From: Plasmodiophora brassicae
Taxonomy: Eukaryota
DNA: 64,000 nucleotides
Direction: 5' to 3'
NCBI GenBank assembly: GCA_036867785.1
Contig: CP145416.1
Location: 930,001-994,000, forward strand
A program made the translations under genes and the position numbers. Shown piece by piece: positions 1 to 12,579 of this stretch. Position 1 is the stretch's first letter. Each line of letters starts with the position of its first letter. Below the pieces are notes generated by a model, which saw only the letters and a program-made list of their open reading frames with translations, was not told where the DNA came from and ran no database searches.

Positions 1-2802
1 GACAAGTTCAGGTTTCGCTGACTGCACAAACCATGAGCCAGCAGAATGACAACCGTACTACATTCCCATAGACCTTCTTCTTCTTGTCTGCAGTCGTTTC
101 AGCAGCAGGCTTGTCGACCTTCGCGAATGCGTCCTCAAACATTTCCGTGTCGAGCTTAGGATCTTTGTCGTTCAGCTGCATCCAGATCGTATCCGTAATC
201 TGTTGGTTCGGAATAGGTGCCCTAGAAGAGCATGAACATTAGAGGGGTCTTAAAGTGTTTGTGAGCAAACCATACCAATGAAAGTTCTTCAGCTTGTTCT
301 TGGGAAGTTTGGGTTTCGGCTTCAAGCCAGGAGGAGCAGCGTCTTGCGGACGAACAACAGGTCCTCCAGGTGGTGGCGGGGCACCTACTGAGCTTTGAGC
401 CACGAGTGAAATGTACAGGGAGGTTACGAACCCGGGGCGCCAGGAGGTCCTGGTGGTGGGGGTGGGGCACCTGGTGGTGGAGGTGCCCCAGGAGGTGGAG
501 GCGGTGGCGGTGGAGCCGGCGCACCGGGTGCGGGAGGGGCAGGTGGTGCCCCTGGCAACGGGGGTGCCGCAGGTGGCGGCGGGGGTGGGGGCGCTCCGGG
601 AGCCGGCCTGCCAAGGCCTTAGTAATTGCTGCCAACAATACATTATAACACTGACACGTACGGAGGAGGTGGGGGGAGAGAAGCAGACGAGGATCCAGTA
701 GCGCCGCCGGCCTCCAGCTCAGCAATGCGCTTGCGAAGAGCTTCATTCTGAATACAACTCAGGAAGGCAATAACAGAACGATAGGTGAGAAGAATGAACC
801 TCTTGTTTGAGATTAACCGCATCGAGCTCAGGGACGGAGGCCGCAGAACCACCTGATCCGAACGAGGCCAGTTTTGCAAGAGCCTGGTCTAACTGTGTAC
901 GAAGGTCGGCACTCTCCGTCTCATACTTGGTCAACGACTTGATGCGTTTGTCGCTGTCCTCCAATTTCTTCGCGGTTTCAAGCGACAGAGGAAGCGAATC
1001 CAAAGTCCTGCGGCCAGGTCAGTCGCGGGCGAGTTTTCTGACTTGCAATACGCTGATTGCAGACCGAGATTGTTGCTGTTGAAGCAGCATCCGCAGCTGT
1101 TCGAACGTCAAGAACTTCGCAACCTTGCCGGACGATACGCCGTCCTTGTCGTTGACATTGTTCTTCCCAGAGCAGGCTATGCGAATAATGCCCTGAAGGT
1201 GACCATATGAGGCAACCGACATCACAATCGTCGTCCGAAAAAGGGCACCTGAATGTTTTGCCAGGCAATGTCAGCCAGTGTGGGGTCCTTCGGTATCAGC
1301 ATCAGCTGCTGGAGAACGGTGATGAACTGGGTCGAATGTCCATCGATGCGCGAAGTCTCTCGGAGGTATTCGAACAGTGAGACTGGATCCGACAGATTGA
1401 CATTGTTGTACATGGTCGCGCGATGATCATTGGCCATTTCAGATTCGAACAAGTCAAGCTGTGAACGCAGGAGCTGTAAGTCAGCGTCGAAGCCAACTGA
1501 AACAAGTCAGTCCCCTGGACGCTGACGAGAACGCGTTCACAAGCCTAACCTGCTGTTGCCATACCTCCTCGAAGCTGGTTTATGATGTCCAGGTACCCCA
1601 GCTCAATGAACTCTCTTCTGATGGCAACTCGGTCCTCAAGAAGATTGCATGCGTTGATCAATGTGTTGATGAAGACAGTTACATCAACCTGGAATCCGGG
1701 ATGATGGACACAACGAAGACAGTTGACGAGAGGAAAGAATCTAACCATTTCTCAAACACAAAAACAGTGACACGCAGCGCACAACTGACCTGTTGTCATT
1801 GCCGGTTATCACTGACCTGTAGTGGCTGAATGCCTGAACGACAGGCGAATCGGCACCAGCATTATCTGAGAGCCATGCCAAGACAGCCCTATACGAACAG
1901 TCACCGACAGGAACATGGGACGTGCAAACGAAACAGTCTCACAGAAGTTGAAGAACGATACGTTTGACGTCAATGGAATCGGCATCGAACAACAGAGCAA
2001 TTTCCTGCGTAGCATCATGGTCGTTCAGGAAGTACTCCATACCGACTTGGTTGCTCATGAATCCCTAGATGGTAATTAACGTCACGACAACGCACTGAAC
2101 ATAGCGCGTATTACCTTAATGCATTGGATCGCAGCAAGAAGCACGGCATCGTTCTTGTAGGTAAAATGGCTCTTATATGCACACTGCATCATCTTTCGAA
2201 GTCCTTGCGCTTCAACGAACTCCTGAATCCATTTACGGCCATTCGAATTGATGACAGGTCGCAGCGTAAGGAATATTTCCTGGAACATCATTATTACAAT
2301 GTAATAGAAACCCGCTTCGTACATAGTTAAGCATACTTGGGTGGGAGGATCTTGGTCAAGTGTCGATGCCCAATAGCTGGCCGGCTTTTCAGCAGACGTC
2401 GACTTTGAACTTGACTGTTGTAACAGATCCCATTTCTTCTCAAGGGGCAATTTACGCATCTGGTCTGCGACCGCTGGCTTGAACGCCATCTCCACGAGAA
2501 ACGATTCGAACAGCGTGTTGACCTCTGCAGAGGACACATGAGCGGAAAGATCTAAACGCAGACCATTGAACGGCAACCCCACCGTCAGGCGCAGGCATAG
2601 GTCGTTTGACGGGTGCTTTCATAGAATCTTCGCTCTCCAACGAGTGGGGCCCTCCAGGCTCAGGACTCAGCGGCTCCGAAGTGGAGACAGTCGTCCGCGA
2701 CAGCTTCGACATCGGCCCCAGCTGCTTCGCAGTCGACTTGGTCGACAGGGTGCCCGAGGCCAACGGCGCCTCATGGCCGGGTTTGCCCTGCTCGTTGCCC
2801 AT
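1..2802 (-). CDS. Formin (N-myristoylation-type N-terminus, GBD/FH3, poly-Pro FH1, start of FH2); multi-exon, 3' end runs off the window
   Basis: Starts MGNEQGK. GBD-like 'FESFLVEMAFKPAVADQMRKLPLEKKWDLL' and 'WIQEFVEAQGL'; FH3-like 'FINTLINACNLLEDRVAIRREFIELG'; poly-proline tract about 350-680; FH2 entry 'KPKLPKNKLKNFHW'. Confidence 0.92.
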
Positions 2803-3157
2803 CGGGGGACAACGACCTGAGTGGCCGCACGAGAATCTCGCCTGTCACGGTGTAGTACCACGCAGTGAGCACACTGTGGCACCCAGTGATTCGGCCGAGG
2901 CCACGCGCGTCGCTCCCCAGCCTACGTTACCGGCGCTATACAGCAGCTCAGCCCCTGACGGGTTCAACGACTCGAGATTGACGACCCGACGCAGGTTGCC
3001 TGCAAGCGGAATCCGCCGAGAAACTGTTTTTAGATACCGCGTGATAAAAATAAGTTCGAGACGGCAGGTGAACATGTTGGCACTGTACAGTAGGAATATT
3101 GGCACAGCACTGTACAAGGGCGCTGGACAGTAGGGTTCGATACTGGCGATGGAGACG

Positions 3158-4454
3158 CTACTTTAGGCGCGCTCCTCCTCGTCCGGGCCGTGTCGGTTTG
3201 GAGAACATTGGCTTATCTGAGTGGGATGCGACAGTGGATGCGAATCGGGACTCGAAATCATTGTCGGTAAGCTCCTCTGCGGTCGAGATCTGGACAGTCT
3301 GCGTGTTCTCCAGTCCGGCGGTAGCGATCGCCTCGACAAGGTTGCGTTTGAATGTTGAGTATGCCATCTTCATGCGTCGGTCAGATTCCTGAGTGGCATG
3401 GCAATGTCAGGACGGCGACGGCAGTGACAGAAACGGCCGTTGCACCTCTGGGCAGTAATGGACTAGGACAATGGACTGCGGCGACAAGCGCAGTATGATG
3501 AAGCGCGGTTCTGCAGAAAGCGCAGAAGCGAGTGCAGAGCGGTCAAGCTTCTCATGCTTAGATTCAACCTGGAAAGACTCCTGTGAATGGACACATCAGT
3601 CAGTACACGTTTAGATCCATGAGGACATGGCACATTTTTCTTACCAGCGATGACGTCATGCTAATAACCACAGATGCAAGCTTGGAAGCAGCAAAGTCTT
3701 TCAAGGTGCCCGACATTGTCGTACTGTCGTTCAGCGCCACCATAGGCATTGCTGCGGTGCGAACACAGCGCGGTTGCGCCTCCTTTTGCATAGCCGCGAC
3801 TTCCTACCCACCGAATCCTCAGCCACACAGTAATAGACAATAGTCTTCGAACATACCTTCTCGTCACGCGTCATCACTGCCGATGTAACGCGACCGTTCG
3901 ATGCTCTTCCATTGAACCCGTCCAGCGAGCATTCCGAGATCGACGATAGTTGCCAATCTACCAGTATGTATCAGGGTTGACCCACAGTCCAATCGTCCGC
4001 GCCAGCCTAACCTGCATGGAAATTTTCAAGACCAAGCGTCGCCTTCATTGGATTTCGAAGCGATGCATACAGCTAGGAAAGACCATCAATGGCAAGCTCA
4101 GCAATACGTTTCAACAAACCCTAGTACTACCATTCGTGAGGCCACAGGAGCTTTATCAGGTGTCCATGCGATCAGCACCCAAAGACCGTCATACGGTAGA
4201 AGAACAATTGCTGGTTCAGCGTTGGACAGCGATTTGGCGACCTGCGACAGGACAGCCTTCTGATCGGTCTTGTCCTATGCGGCACGCACTCAGGACAGCG
4301 ACCGAAGAGGCCGGCGAATGGGAGCGACCTCGATCCTCAGCTTCGTCTTCAGCACGAACTGCTCGTCGACAATGGTCAGGACGAGAGCAACGGCACGACC
4401 GCCATTGCGGAACGCGTCTAGCACATCAGGGTGTAGCCTGACACCCTGGTCCAT
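3158..4454 (-). CDS. TWF: Twinfilin (two ADF-H domains plus C-terminal capping-protein-binding tail); multi-exon
   Basis: Spliced by eye: MDQGVRLHPDVLDAFRNGG..., 'EPAIVLLPYDGLWVLIAWTPDKAPVASRM|LYASLR', second domain 'EPRFIILRL...VHYCPE|ESDRRMKMAYSTFK', tail 'FSKPTRPGRGGARLK*'. These match twinfilin signature motifs. Confidence 0.88.
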
Positions 4455-4734
4455 GATTGTCTGGCCGGATTCGCGCGTCGCCCAAAAACGGTGCGTTGAA
4501 GGCGCGCGGCCCCTTCCTATTCTCGGAACGAGCAGTGGCAGCCTATACGCGACCATCTGCAACAATGCCAGCCATTCGCGATATACCATCAAGTTTCAAC
4601 AACGAGACCGGCTATTATAAATCATCGATAAGCCCAGATACCATCTCCGAGCGTGGACGTTGACGGTAGAACGGGAATGGTTCCCATGCCTCTGTGACGC
4701 GACTTCCGACGTACGACATAAGCGTCAACATACG

Positions 4735-5229
4735 ATGGCGATAATCGATGACGATGTTGCCGCGCTGCGCCAGATGACGATCAGCCAGATGCGGGCAGTT
4801 GTTTCCGCTTCGGACGACGATACCGCCGAGCCAGCCAGCGACGAGCTCTGTGAAGTGTTCCTGGACGAAATCATGAGAAACCCTAACGGAGGTCCTGATC
4901 AGCTCCATGATCTCATGCGAGCGCATCATCTTGAACCTGGATACAACGCAGCAGCCGAAGCGACATCCGCTGTGGACGAAGTTACACCAATTAAACCGAT
5001 CCCCGGCAAGGCTCCAGTAGACGATACCGACAACGTTCGGCGGTTCGCGAAGCTGGCTCCTGGATTCCAGTCCGTCCTCCAGCAGGAATTCCCAAACGCG
5101 TTCACGACATCCCATCGGCCACCGCCTACCGACAGTATCGCCTCCCTGAACCTCTCCAACCTCAGCGACGCCGACCTCACATCAATCGACAACTTACACA
5201 GACGACCACCACGAACGTGGCAGGAGTAA
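4735..5229 (+). CDS. Hypothetical acidic protein (about 164 aa)
   Basis: Intact ORF from ATG 4735, divergent from twinfilin; no recognisable motif. Confidence 0.45.
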   Translation: MAIIDDDVAALRQMTISQMRAVVSASDDDTAEPASDELCEVFLDEIMRNPNGGPDQLHDLMRAHHLEPGYNAAAEATSAVDEVTPIKPIPGKAPVDDTDNVRRFAKLAPGFQSVLQQEFPNAFTTSHRPPPTDSIASLNLSNLSDADLTSIDNLHRRPPRTWQE

Positions 5230-5423
5230 TACAGTAGACGCGACCATTCTGCCGGTGCACAAGTCATTTTCCACCCGGGCGAGGCTCAAACGTACCATTT
5301 TCGCGGAGTTTCTCGTTGAGCATCCACCGTCCGTTCGTTGTCGGCCGCCTGAAATAGCCACCACCGTCACGCATGTGTCCAGTTGCTTCGTCGCCCTGAC
5401 GGCAGCGTTCGGCTTCGCGGGCC

Positions 5424-7019
5424 ATGCTGTGGGGCGCGGAGCTGCTCACTGGCCTGGTCATGACATCAGCCATCCGTATCGCGGCAGTTTCCTATGATGA
5501 CATCGACTTGGCTACGTCTCTCGCGCAATCGTTGGCTGGGTGCCTGGGTCGCCTGGAGCGAGGCGAAATTGTACCTCCGGTAACTGACATGAAGGGCATC
5601 GCGGAGTATCCCGACGTATGCTCCAGGCTCAGTGCCGCATGCAGGGACCTATTCCAGGTCGATTGCCTCCACAGGCTGAATGCTGTCATGCGGGACGCTG
5701 TCAGCCTTCTTGAAGACGAACAGGGCTTCGTTGAGCTTCTACGCAGCGTCGATGCCACTCGTGAAGATGAATCCGTTGACGTCATTTTGTCCTCTGACGA
5801 GACGGACTTAGAATCTGTGTCGCTTCGGGTACCACCGCGCACCGTGACCTTCTGGACAGTCGGTCCTACGAGCGACTGTGACATCTATCGCCGATACAGT
5901 CGTTCCGGGTCTCGTCGCCCTGACGCCGTAGTTGTTGCAGTGCCTGGACACTCCTTGATCGTCCTGACGGGAACATCCCAAGGGCTCAGGATCCGTCGAA
6001 CCCGCTCATCAGAGGCGGACACCGCTGGTGAACGACGCAACAGTAACAGTACTAGTGCAGTCCGCCTGGCTTGGAGCGAACGCGCCGTAGTGCTCCTGAC
6101 ACCGTCGATCCGCCTCTCATTCAGGTCCGTCCTTCACGACGTTACCCGCGCGATGTCAAATGCGATCTCCAACTTTATCGCCGCCGACTGTGCGTTTCGC
6201 AACTCCAGTTCGGATGCAAGCCGAGAGGCTCTGGGGAACGCCTCCGCAGAACTTCGCTCGGCCTATCTTCCTCTGGTCGACCTGAATAACCGGCACATTG
6301 TCACATCGACGTTGAAGAAGGTCGGGGTTCTCTTAACCGGCCAACGGGAAGAACTCGAGCACATGAGTTTCCTGTCTGGTTCTGTCACGATCGACGGTGG
6401 TCGGAGATGTCGTCGTGCGCGGACAACGGAAGCCAATACCGTTGACTTCCTGGCAGAGTATTCAAAATGCGATACCAAGCGCACCAAGGCATCATCGACA
6501 GGTGTCCCGGCGCATGGCATCAAGGTCCTGCTTGTCGGTCGTCAGAGGTACTGCGATATCATCCTGGACGCTGAAGACAACTACTGTAGCCGTATCACTG
6601 CGGTTGTTGTCATCATTCCTGGCCACTCTGTCATCGTCGTTGACACCGGGTCCAGGTCGGGCATCAGCACGATGCAACGTGCGACAGATAAGCCTTTGGA
6701 GCATAGCACGCGCTCTCTTCGCAAGATCCTGTATTTCTCATGGGAGGAGGCAGCAATCCTGGAGATCAGTCCGTACACCAGACTAATGATATGGGCGGAG
6801 AGCTGTTTAGGCTGCTGGGATCGGCCACGCGGCGATCTGCGGTTCCGCCCATGCGGGCACAGTGCGTTCTGCAGGACGTGCATGGAACATCACCACTACA
6901 GCAGCGTTACCCAACGCGGTGACCATTTATGCCCCCTCTGCCGACAGCCCGTCGTCCATGTCGAATACGGTCTTTACGACGTCGCCACCCATGCCCAACT
7001 GGACACTGGTAATGGCTAA
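5424..7019 (+). CDS. Intronless RING-finger (C3HC4-type) E3 ligase with two FHA-like modules and a possible signal peptide
   Basis: C-terminal CLGC...PCGHSAFCRTC...CPLCR. FHA-like 'VGRQRYCDII...SRI...VVDTGSRSG' and a degenerate upstream copy 'VGPTSDCDI...VVAVPGHSLIV'. Hydrophobic N-terminus MLWGAELLTGLVMTSAIRIAA. Confidence 0.8.
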   Translation: MLWGAELLTGLVMTSAIRIAAVSYDDIDLATSLAQSLAGCLGRLERGEIVPPVTDMKGIAEYPDVCSRLSAACRDLFQVDCLHRLNAVMRDAVSLLEDEQGFVELLRSVDATREDESVDVILSSDETDLESVSLRVPPRTVTFWTVGPTSDCDIYRRYSRSGSRRPDAVVVAVPGHSLIVLTGTSQGLRIRRTRSSEADTAGERRNSNSTSAVRLAWSERAVVLLTPSIRLSFRSVLHDVTRAMSNAISNFIAADCAFRNSSSDASREALGNASAELRSAYLPLVDLNNRHIVTSTLKKVGVLLTGQREELEHMSFLSGSVTIDGGRRCRRARTTEANTVDFLAEYSKCDTKRTKASSTGVPAHGIKVLLVGRQRYCDIILDAEDNYCSRITAVVVIIPGHSVIVVDTGSRSGISTMQRATDKPLEHSTRSLRKILYFSWEEAAILEISPYTRLMIWAESCLGCWDRPRGDLRFRPCGHSAFCRTCMEHHHYSSVTQRGDHLCPLCRQPVVHVEYGLYDVATHAQLDTGNG

Positions 7020-7261
7020 TCACCCGGCACACCCATCAATATAGACCGTGCTGTTTCGAACGCTATAGGCCCGCTCGATGCAATAGACAGGGTGCGTCTG
7101 CATGAACAGCGGAAACGCCCGGCAAGGTTTCATTGTTCGGCACAATATTATTTTCCGCGTGGGGCGTACGACGGCCACGGGCGGCCTGACCTACCCGAAC
7201 TGCAGTGCGTCACTGTGGCGACAGTCGTGCGCGACGCTGCGTCGTTTCATTTTTCGGTTTG

Positions 7262-9112
7262 ATGGCATTGTCGTTGCGTCGCGATGTGTCGTCGGTGTTC
7301 GGCAGAGCGCTGCGTCGGGCGCTGCCGGATCTGTCGGCGGAGCAGGTGTCGTCGATTGCCGTTGCCAAGGTGTGCGACTCGAGGCAGGCGCGAGGGCATT
7401 ACCAGTGCGATGCGGCGTTGCGGTTGCGGGATCGCGGCGAATCGACGCGCGCTGTTGCTGATAGAATCGTCGGCGAGCTCCGTGATCCCATGTTCGAGCA
7501 TGCTGATGTTGGTGGGCCTGGGTTCATTAGCGTGACGTTCGACAACCACTTCTTAGCGGAGCGTCTTCGCAACTTCCGATTGGATCCCGTTCGACGGCTG
7601 TCAGGTGTGTCATGTGAGCTTGGCTCCTGAAGGTCTGCGTCATTCATTGCCATGTTAGGCGCTGACCGCAAGCGGATCATTGTGGACATGTCGTCGCCTA
7701 ACGTGGCGAAACGCATGCACGTCGGGCATTTGCGGTCGACCGTTATTGGTGAGGCCATCGCACAATTGCTGATTGCCCAAGGGCACGACGTCGTCAAAGT
7801 CAACCATGTTGGCGACTTTGGGACGCAGTTCGGGCTCATCTTGGCGATGTTGCGGAAGAAGAATGTCGACGTGAACACGCTGGATATCGACCAAGTCGAA
7901 GAGGTCTATCGGGAAGCGAAGAGGCTTGCAGAACAATCCAAAGAATTCGCTGCAGACGCTCATCGATGCGTTGTTGCATTACAAAAGGGTTAATCTTCGT
8001 GCGTTTATGTATGGCATCGGCCCGTCTCTCACTCGCGTCTTGTGTTTTCAGGTGATCCTGAAGCGACCATGGTATGGACTGCCGTAAAGGATGTGTCACG
8101 TGCCGAGTACAATCGTCTATATGAGCGGCTGGGCATTCACAATTTGATTGAACGAGGCGAATCGTCCTACCAGTCACTGTTGCCGGAGACCGTGCGCGAT
8201 CTGGTCGATCTTGGCATAGCTCGCGAGACCGATGGTGCTATCTGCATTTTCGAACCCAGCTCATCAGAGTCGGATGAAGATGGGTTTCCCCTGATTATCC
8301 GCAAATCGGATGGGGGCTTCACCTACGATACAACCGATCTCGCGGCGATTCGGTATAGGTTCACTGAAGAACGTGCCGACCATGTGATCTACCTGACCGA
8401 CAAAGGACAATCCGAGCACTTCCGCAAAGTGTTTGAAGCCGCACGTCGTGCTCAATGGGTGCCGCCGGATGCCGTCTGTGAATTCATCGGGTTTGGGATC
8501 ATGCTTGGCGAAGACGGGAAACGATTTCGTACTCGCGACGGCGGTGCAGTGAGACTGGACTACCTCCTCGACCAAGCTGTCAAGCGCGCCCGCCACGTGA
8601 TTGAAGGTCGCGACGAGCTGATCCCGAATCTGGACGTCGACGAGACTGCCGTTGCGGTTGGAGTCAGCGCTGTTCGATATGCTGACCTGTCCAGACAACG
8701 TGAATCGGACATGGTGTTCTCTTTGGAGGCGATGCTGGACCTGAAGGGCAATACGTCTGTTTACCTACAGTACGCGTTGTGCCGTATCAACAGCATTCTA
8801 AGGCAGTGTGCTGGCCGGTGTGAGTTCAAAGACTTCGACGGTCTCTCGATCGCCACCGATGAAGAGCGCGACGTTGCAGTCCACGTGCTTCGATACGACG
8901 ATGTTCTTGATGACGCAAGCAAGAGCCTTCAGCCACATCTTCTTTGTCACTGGGCATTCTCGCTGGCGTCTGCCCTGAATTTCATGTACCAGCGATGTCC
9001 TGTCGTCGGCGATCCTCGCATGAAACCCCGGTCGCAGCTGCTGTTCCTGGCGGGTACGACATTACGGCATGCGTTTAACGTACTTGGCATAAACGCCCTT
9101 GAAAGAATGTGA
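7262..9112 (+). CDS. RARS: Arginyl-tRNA synthetase (class I); 2 introns (about 7604-7658 and 7989-8051)
   Basis: 'DMSSPNVAKRMHVGHLRSTVIG' (HIGH motif), 'NHVGDFGTQFG', 'KSDGGFTYDTTDLAAIRYR', 'KGNTSVYLQYA', C-terminal 'LGINALERM*'. Confidence 0.97.
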
Positions 9113-9217
9113 TATACCGACCTATTGTACGAACCTATGACGTGATATGTCGGGCCTAAGGCTGCACTGTATTACAAGCCACAGTGGAAGGCGAACCAAT
9201 CGCAGGATCACGGCCAA

Positions 9218-12147
9218 CTAGATCGAAATAGAATTGGTGATCATCTGCGGCATGAGCCAGACATATGGCTCGTTTTTCCTCGGTTCACAGCTGTTACGAG
9301 CCTTGATGGTGTCCTGGATTTCTTCCAGACGTGCGGCGAAACGTTCCAGAGCTATTCGCGCTCCGCTGTAACGACGAGATGAGATACACGGTCGCACAGC
9401 AGTTTCTAAACAGCTAACCTGTCGGAATGCAACGTATCCTGTGCCGGCTGCAAATGTCGAGTCAGAGACTGCGGCAACGGCGTACAAATTGGGTTCCAAC
9501 TAACCTTTCCCAAGAAGACTTCGTTCTTGGCGTATTCTGACAGCGACTTCGACAAGGCAATCGACTGGACGGATTGCGTCTTATTTGGCAGGGAGTCGAG
9601 GATGATCTTAGTAGTGATAGGTTTGCCAATTTCCTCAGGAATGGGAAGACGCATCCTAGCAGGATGGTTCGGGACAAAACTGTAATACTCTAAGCGCAAA
9701 CGCAAGTCAGAAAACGTGCCCCGCTGCAGGCGCAACTCAAGGCGACGGAACCGTATTGGTTGAAGTTGATTGCACCGTGCCCTGCACTTGCAGTATAGAT
9801 CAGATTGGTCACGAGTTCGATCAACACCTCCTGTGAATTGATCTGGGGAATGTGTTTTCCTGGCAGGACCGCCATCAGTTCATTACGCCATGACGTAAGT
9901 TCTGAGCAGGACCAAATAAGTTGAAATCATGACGGAACGCTTCCGAGTACCATGGTCGCCAGAGACGAGTTCGTCATCGCCCTTGTAGTAGATGGAAATG
10001 TACTCGGTGACGAACGATTTGATAGCTTCGTATACAGGGAGCACATCCTCACGCCAAGGATACACTCCATCCTCAATAATAGGCGTTTTCGAATCCGAGC
10101 CGAATCCATTAGCTTCCAGGCGAACAACAGGGGACATTGTTTCCACAGTCCAGTTTTTGAAAGCTCTCTGGATCAGGGGAACCATTTGATCACCTACGAC
10201 ACATTCAGCATGTTGTATAAGAACATCTTGCAAACATTACCGATTGAAAACAGAATTTGGATCTGTGGTAGGAGCCTGCAATTGCTGTCACAGGCGAGCA
10301 TAATTGAGGAGGGCCTGAAATTAACGATACCGTTGACGTGCAAGAGCATTAATCGCCATTGTGTCTAGCAGATTCGGCTTCAGAAGCCGCATTAATGGAT
10401 GCGCAGGGGACAAAGCTCGATGCGACGCTAGTGCGAACGCTTCGATAATCATATGCGTGCTCATAAAATGAGTCACCAGCTGGTGGATCTGCAGGAACAC
10501 TTTAACAGAAGCACTACCGCATGCCTTTAACGACAAGCGCACCTGAGTGTCAGCATTGTTGACCCAGATTTTCGCCAGTATCCTATGTGGTTCCGTCTAT
10601 GAGACGGCCGACAGGCGAGACATAAACAACGTGTGGCGCATACCATTCATTCTTGGCAGCATCCGAATCATCTGCGACTGTCGGGTAGTAGACTTTCCCG
10701 CCCTTCTTGAGTTGGATCGCTATAGGAACAATTGTACGAAGCGAATCATCGTAGTAGAACAGGCAGAACGGTGCCGCAAGGTACCGGTCACTCGTGCCCT
10801 AGCAACGTCTCAGATCAAGAGACGGGTGCATGCCGTTAGAAACCGCGAGTCTTACGTGTTTCTTCGCAGCTCTATCACGATCCAGAGCAGCGACCGAATC
10901 GCCAAGCAGCGGATGAAAGTCAAGGTAGCAGAATTTCCCACTAGCAATTTCGTTCCGGATATTCTTTCCTTGAAGACGAGCGACCTTTACAGAAAGTGAT
11001 TCTTCAGCCACAGGGAAATCCGGCGGGAATGACCCCTGTGAGACGTCATTAGAAACCAACAGCATCGTACATGTGGGATTCTAATGCAATACCTTGACAA
11101 GTTTGACCAAGCATGGATTGATTCCGTTCATATACTGCCTGCCCATAGTCTCGTCTGTATACCACGTTTTCTGGAACGGACATTCAATCCGCCACCTGAG
11201 AGCGAGCAAGCTGGAAGGCTCCGCTTACCGCCACTTTGGAGAGCAACCGACCATTCGACCCAAAGATCTCTTTCAGCTGGTCATAGCTGGCCCAACTGCC
11301 ACTTCCACCGGCCAGCAGTTCCGTGTAGGTCTGCTGCACAATTTTCGAGAGGACGTTGGAGAAGACCTACATCGGGACTTATCAAAGCCGACTCGCTCTA
11401 CAAGGGAGCAGCGCGAACCATTGTCGCCTTGATACTGTCGAATTGTTCGTCCATTGGTAGCGAGAAATCTGCCCGCAATCAGGGAATAGCAGCGAGCAAA
11501 TGCTCGAGAGGAGTACTTACAATTGCTACATAGACCGACAGGGAGATCAGGGAGTCGAGCGAAAGTCGCACTGTTGTAGATTGTCGCTTGAAACGCAATA
11601 TCAGCCGCGCGATACTCCTTGATTCGCGATGGCAGTCGAGGGTCATTCGGGATCCTGCTCTCGCCCCCGAAGAAGTAACGCTCTGTGCCCGGACAGATCC
11701 ACGAATACACGGGGATGGTCGTTTCGATACCACGCGACGTTTGACGGACCTGGGTGCTCCCAGTTTCAATCCCATGAATCGATAACGAGGGACTGATAAC
11801 GGGACCTGGATCAGGCTAATGTACAGCGAGTTGCAGAAGGGGCGCAAGCCTCGACTCGATTTCAGCTTCACAGCGGCGACGTCCCCAATGTTTTTCCTGG
11901 CCAGAACGGCTGAGATCGCATCCTACATGGGCCATGTCTACCTTGCGTACATGTCATCAAACGTGTAGATCTCCGTTGTATTGCCATGGTGACGCTCGAT
12001 GGGACTCCAGGAGGATTTCAGACGGAACGGTCCGGCTTCTTCCCGGCCGTCACTACTATACAGGACCAGTTCAAGGCGCGCGTCGCTCGCCAGGAACAGT
12101 CGTTCGCCGGTCTGGATCGTGATCGTGTACGCCTCGCGAGACGCCAT
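9218..12147 (-). CDS. LOX: Lipoxygenase (PLAT + LOX domain), copy 1; multi-exon
   Basis: PLAT-like N-terminus (YTITIQTG), 'WYTDETMGRQYMNGINP', iron ligands 'HQLVTHFMSTH', 'TASAGHGAINFNQY' and C-terminal 'ITNSISI*'. The exons checked splice in frame. Confidence 0.95.
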
Positions 12148-12579
12148 AACTCGTCAACCGAACAGAGCACAGACTTTTGTTTCTGTACAAAACCTCAATT
12201 GGTTTGCCAAACGTAAACCCGCCGAGGTGCCCAGGCTGAGGCCGTGACACACATCAGCGCGCCCGTCGACGCGGTTACGTGGCGCGCGTCGTAACTTTAC
12301 CGTGCGGCGAGGCCTCGGCTGCGACCACTGGGCAGAGAAAATGTCCACGCCGCCGTGGAAGGCAATGCCCCCCCTGTCCCCACTGTGACGTCCGAATACA
12401 ATATATTTCGGGAGCTTGCTCCCACTGTGAACGAACAGATCAGGATCCGGACACGTCGTGACGCGCGACAGGGCCCAGCCAGCGGCCCACATAACCGAAA
12501 CTGCGAACCGGAGGTGCGGCGGACTCCGTGGCGATTCTCGCATCGCGCTGCAGCGTCCGTCCGGCCTTGACTCAGAGCC

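Noticed and set aside
440-600. G-rich tract as G-quadruplex or satellite
   Set aside because: It is explained by the formin FH1 poly-proline codons on the minus strand.
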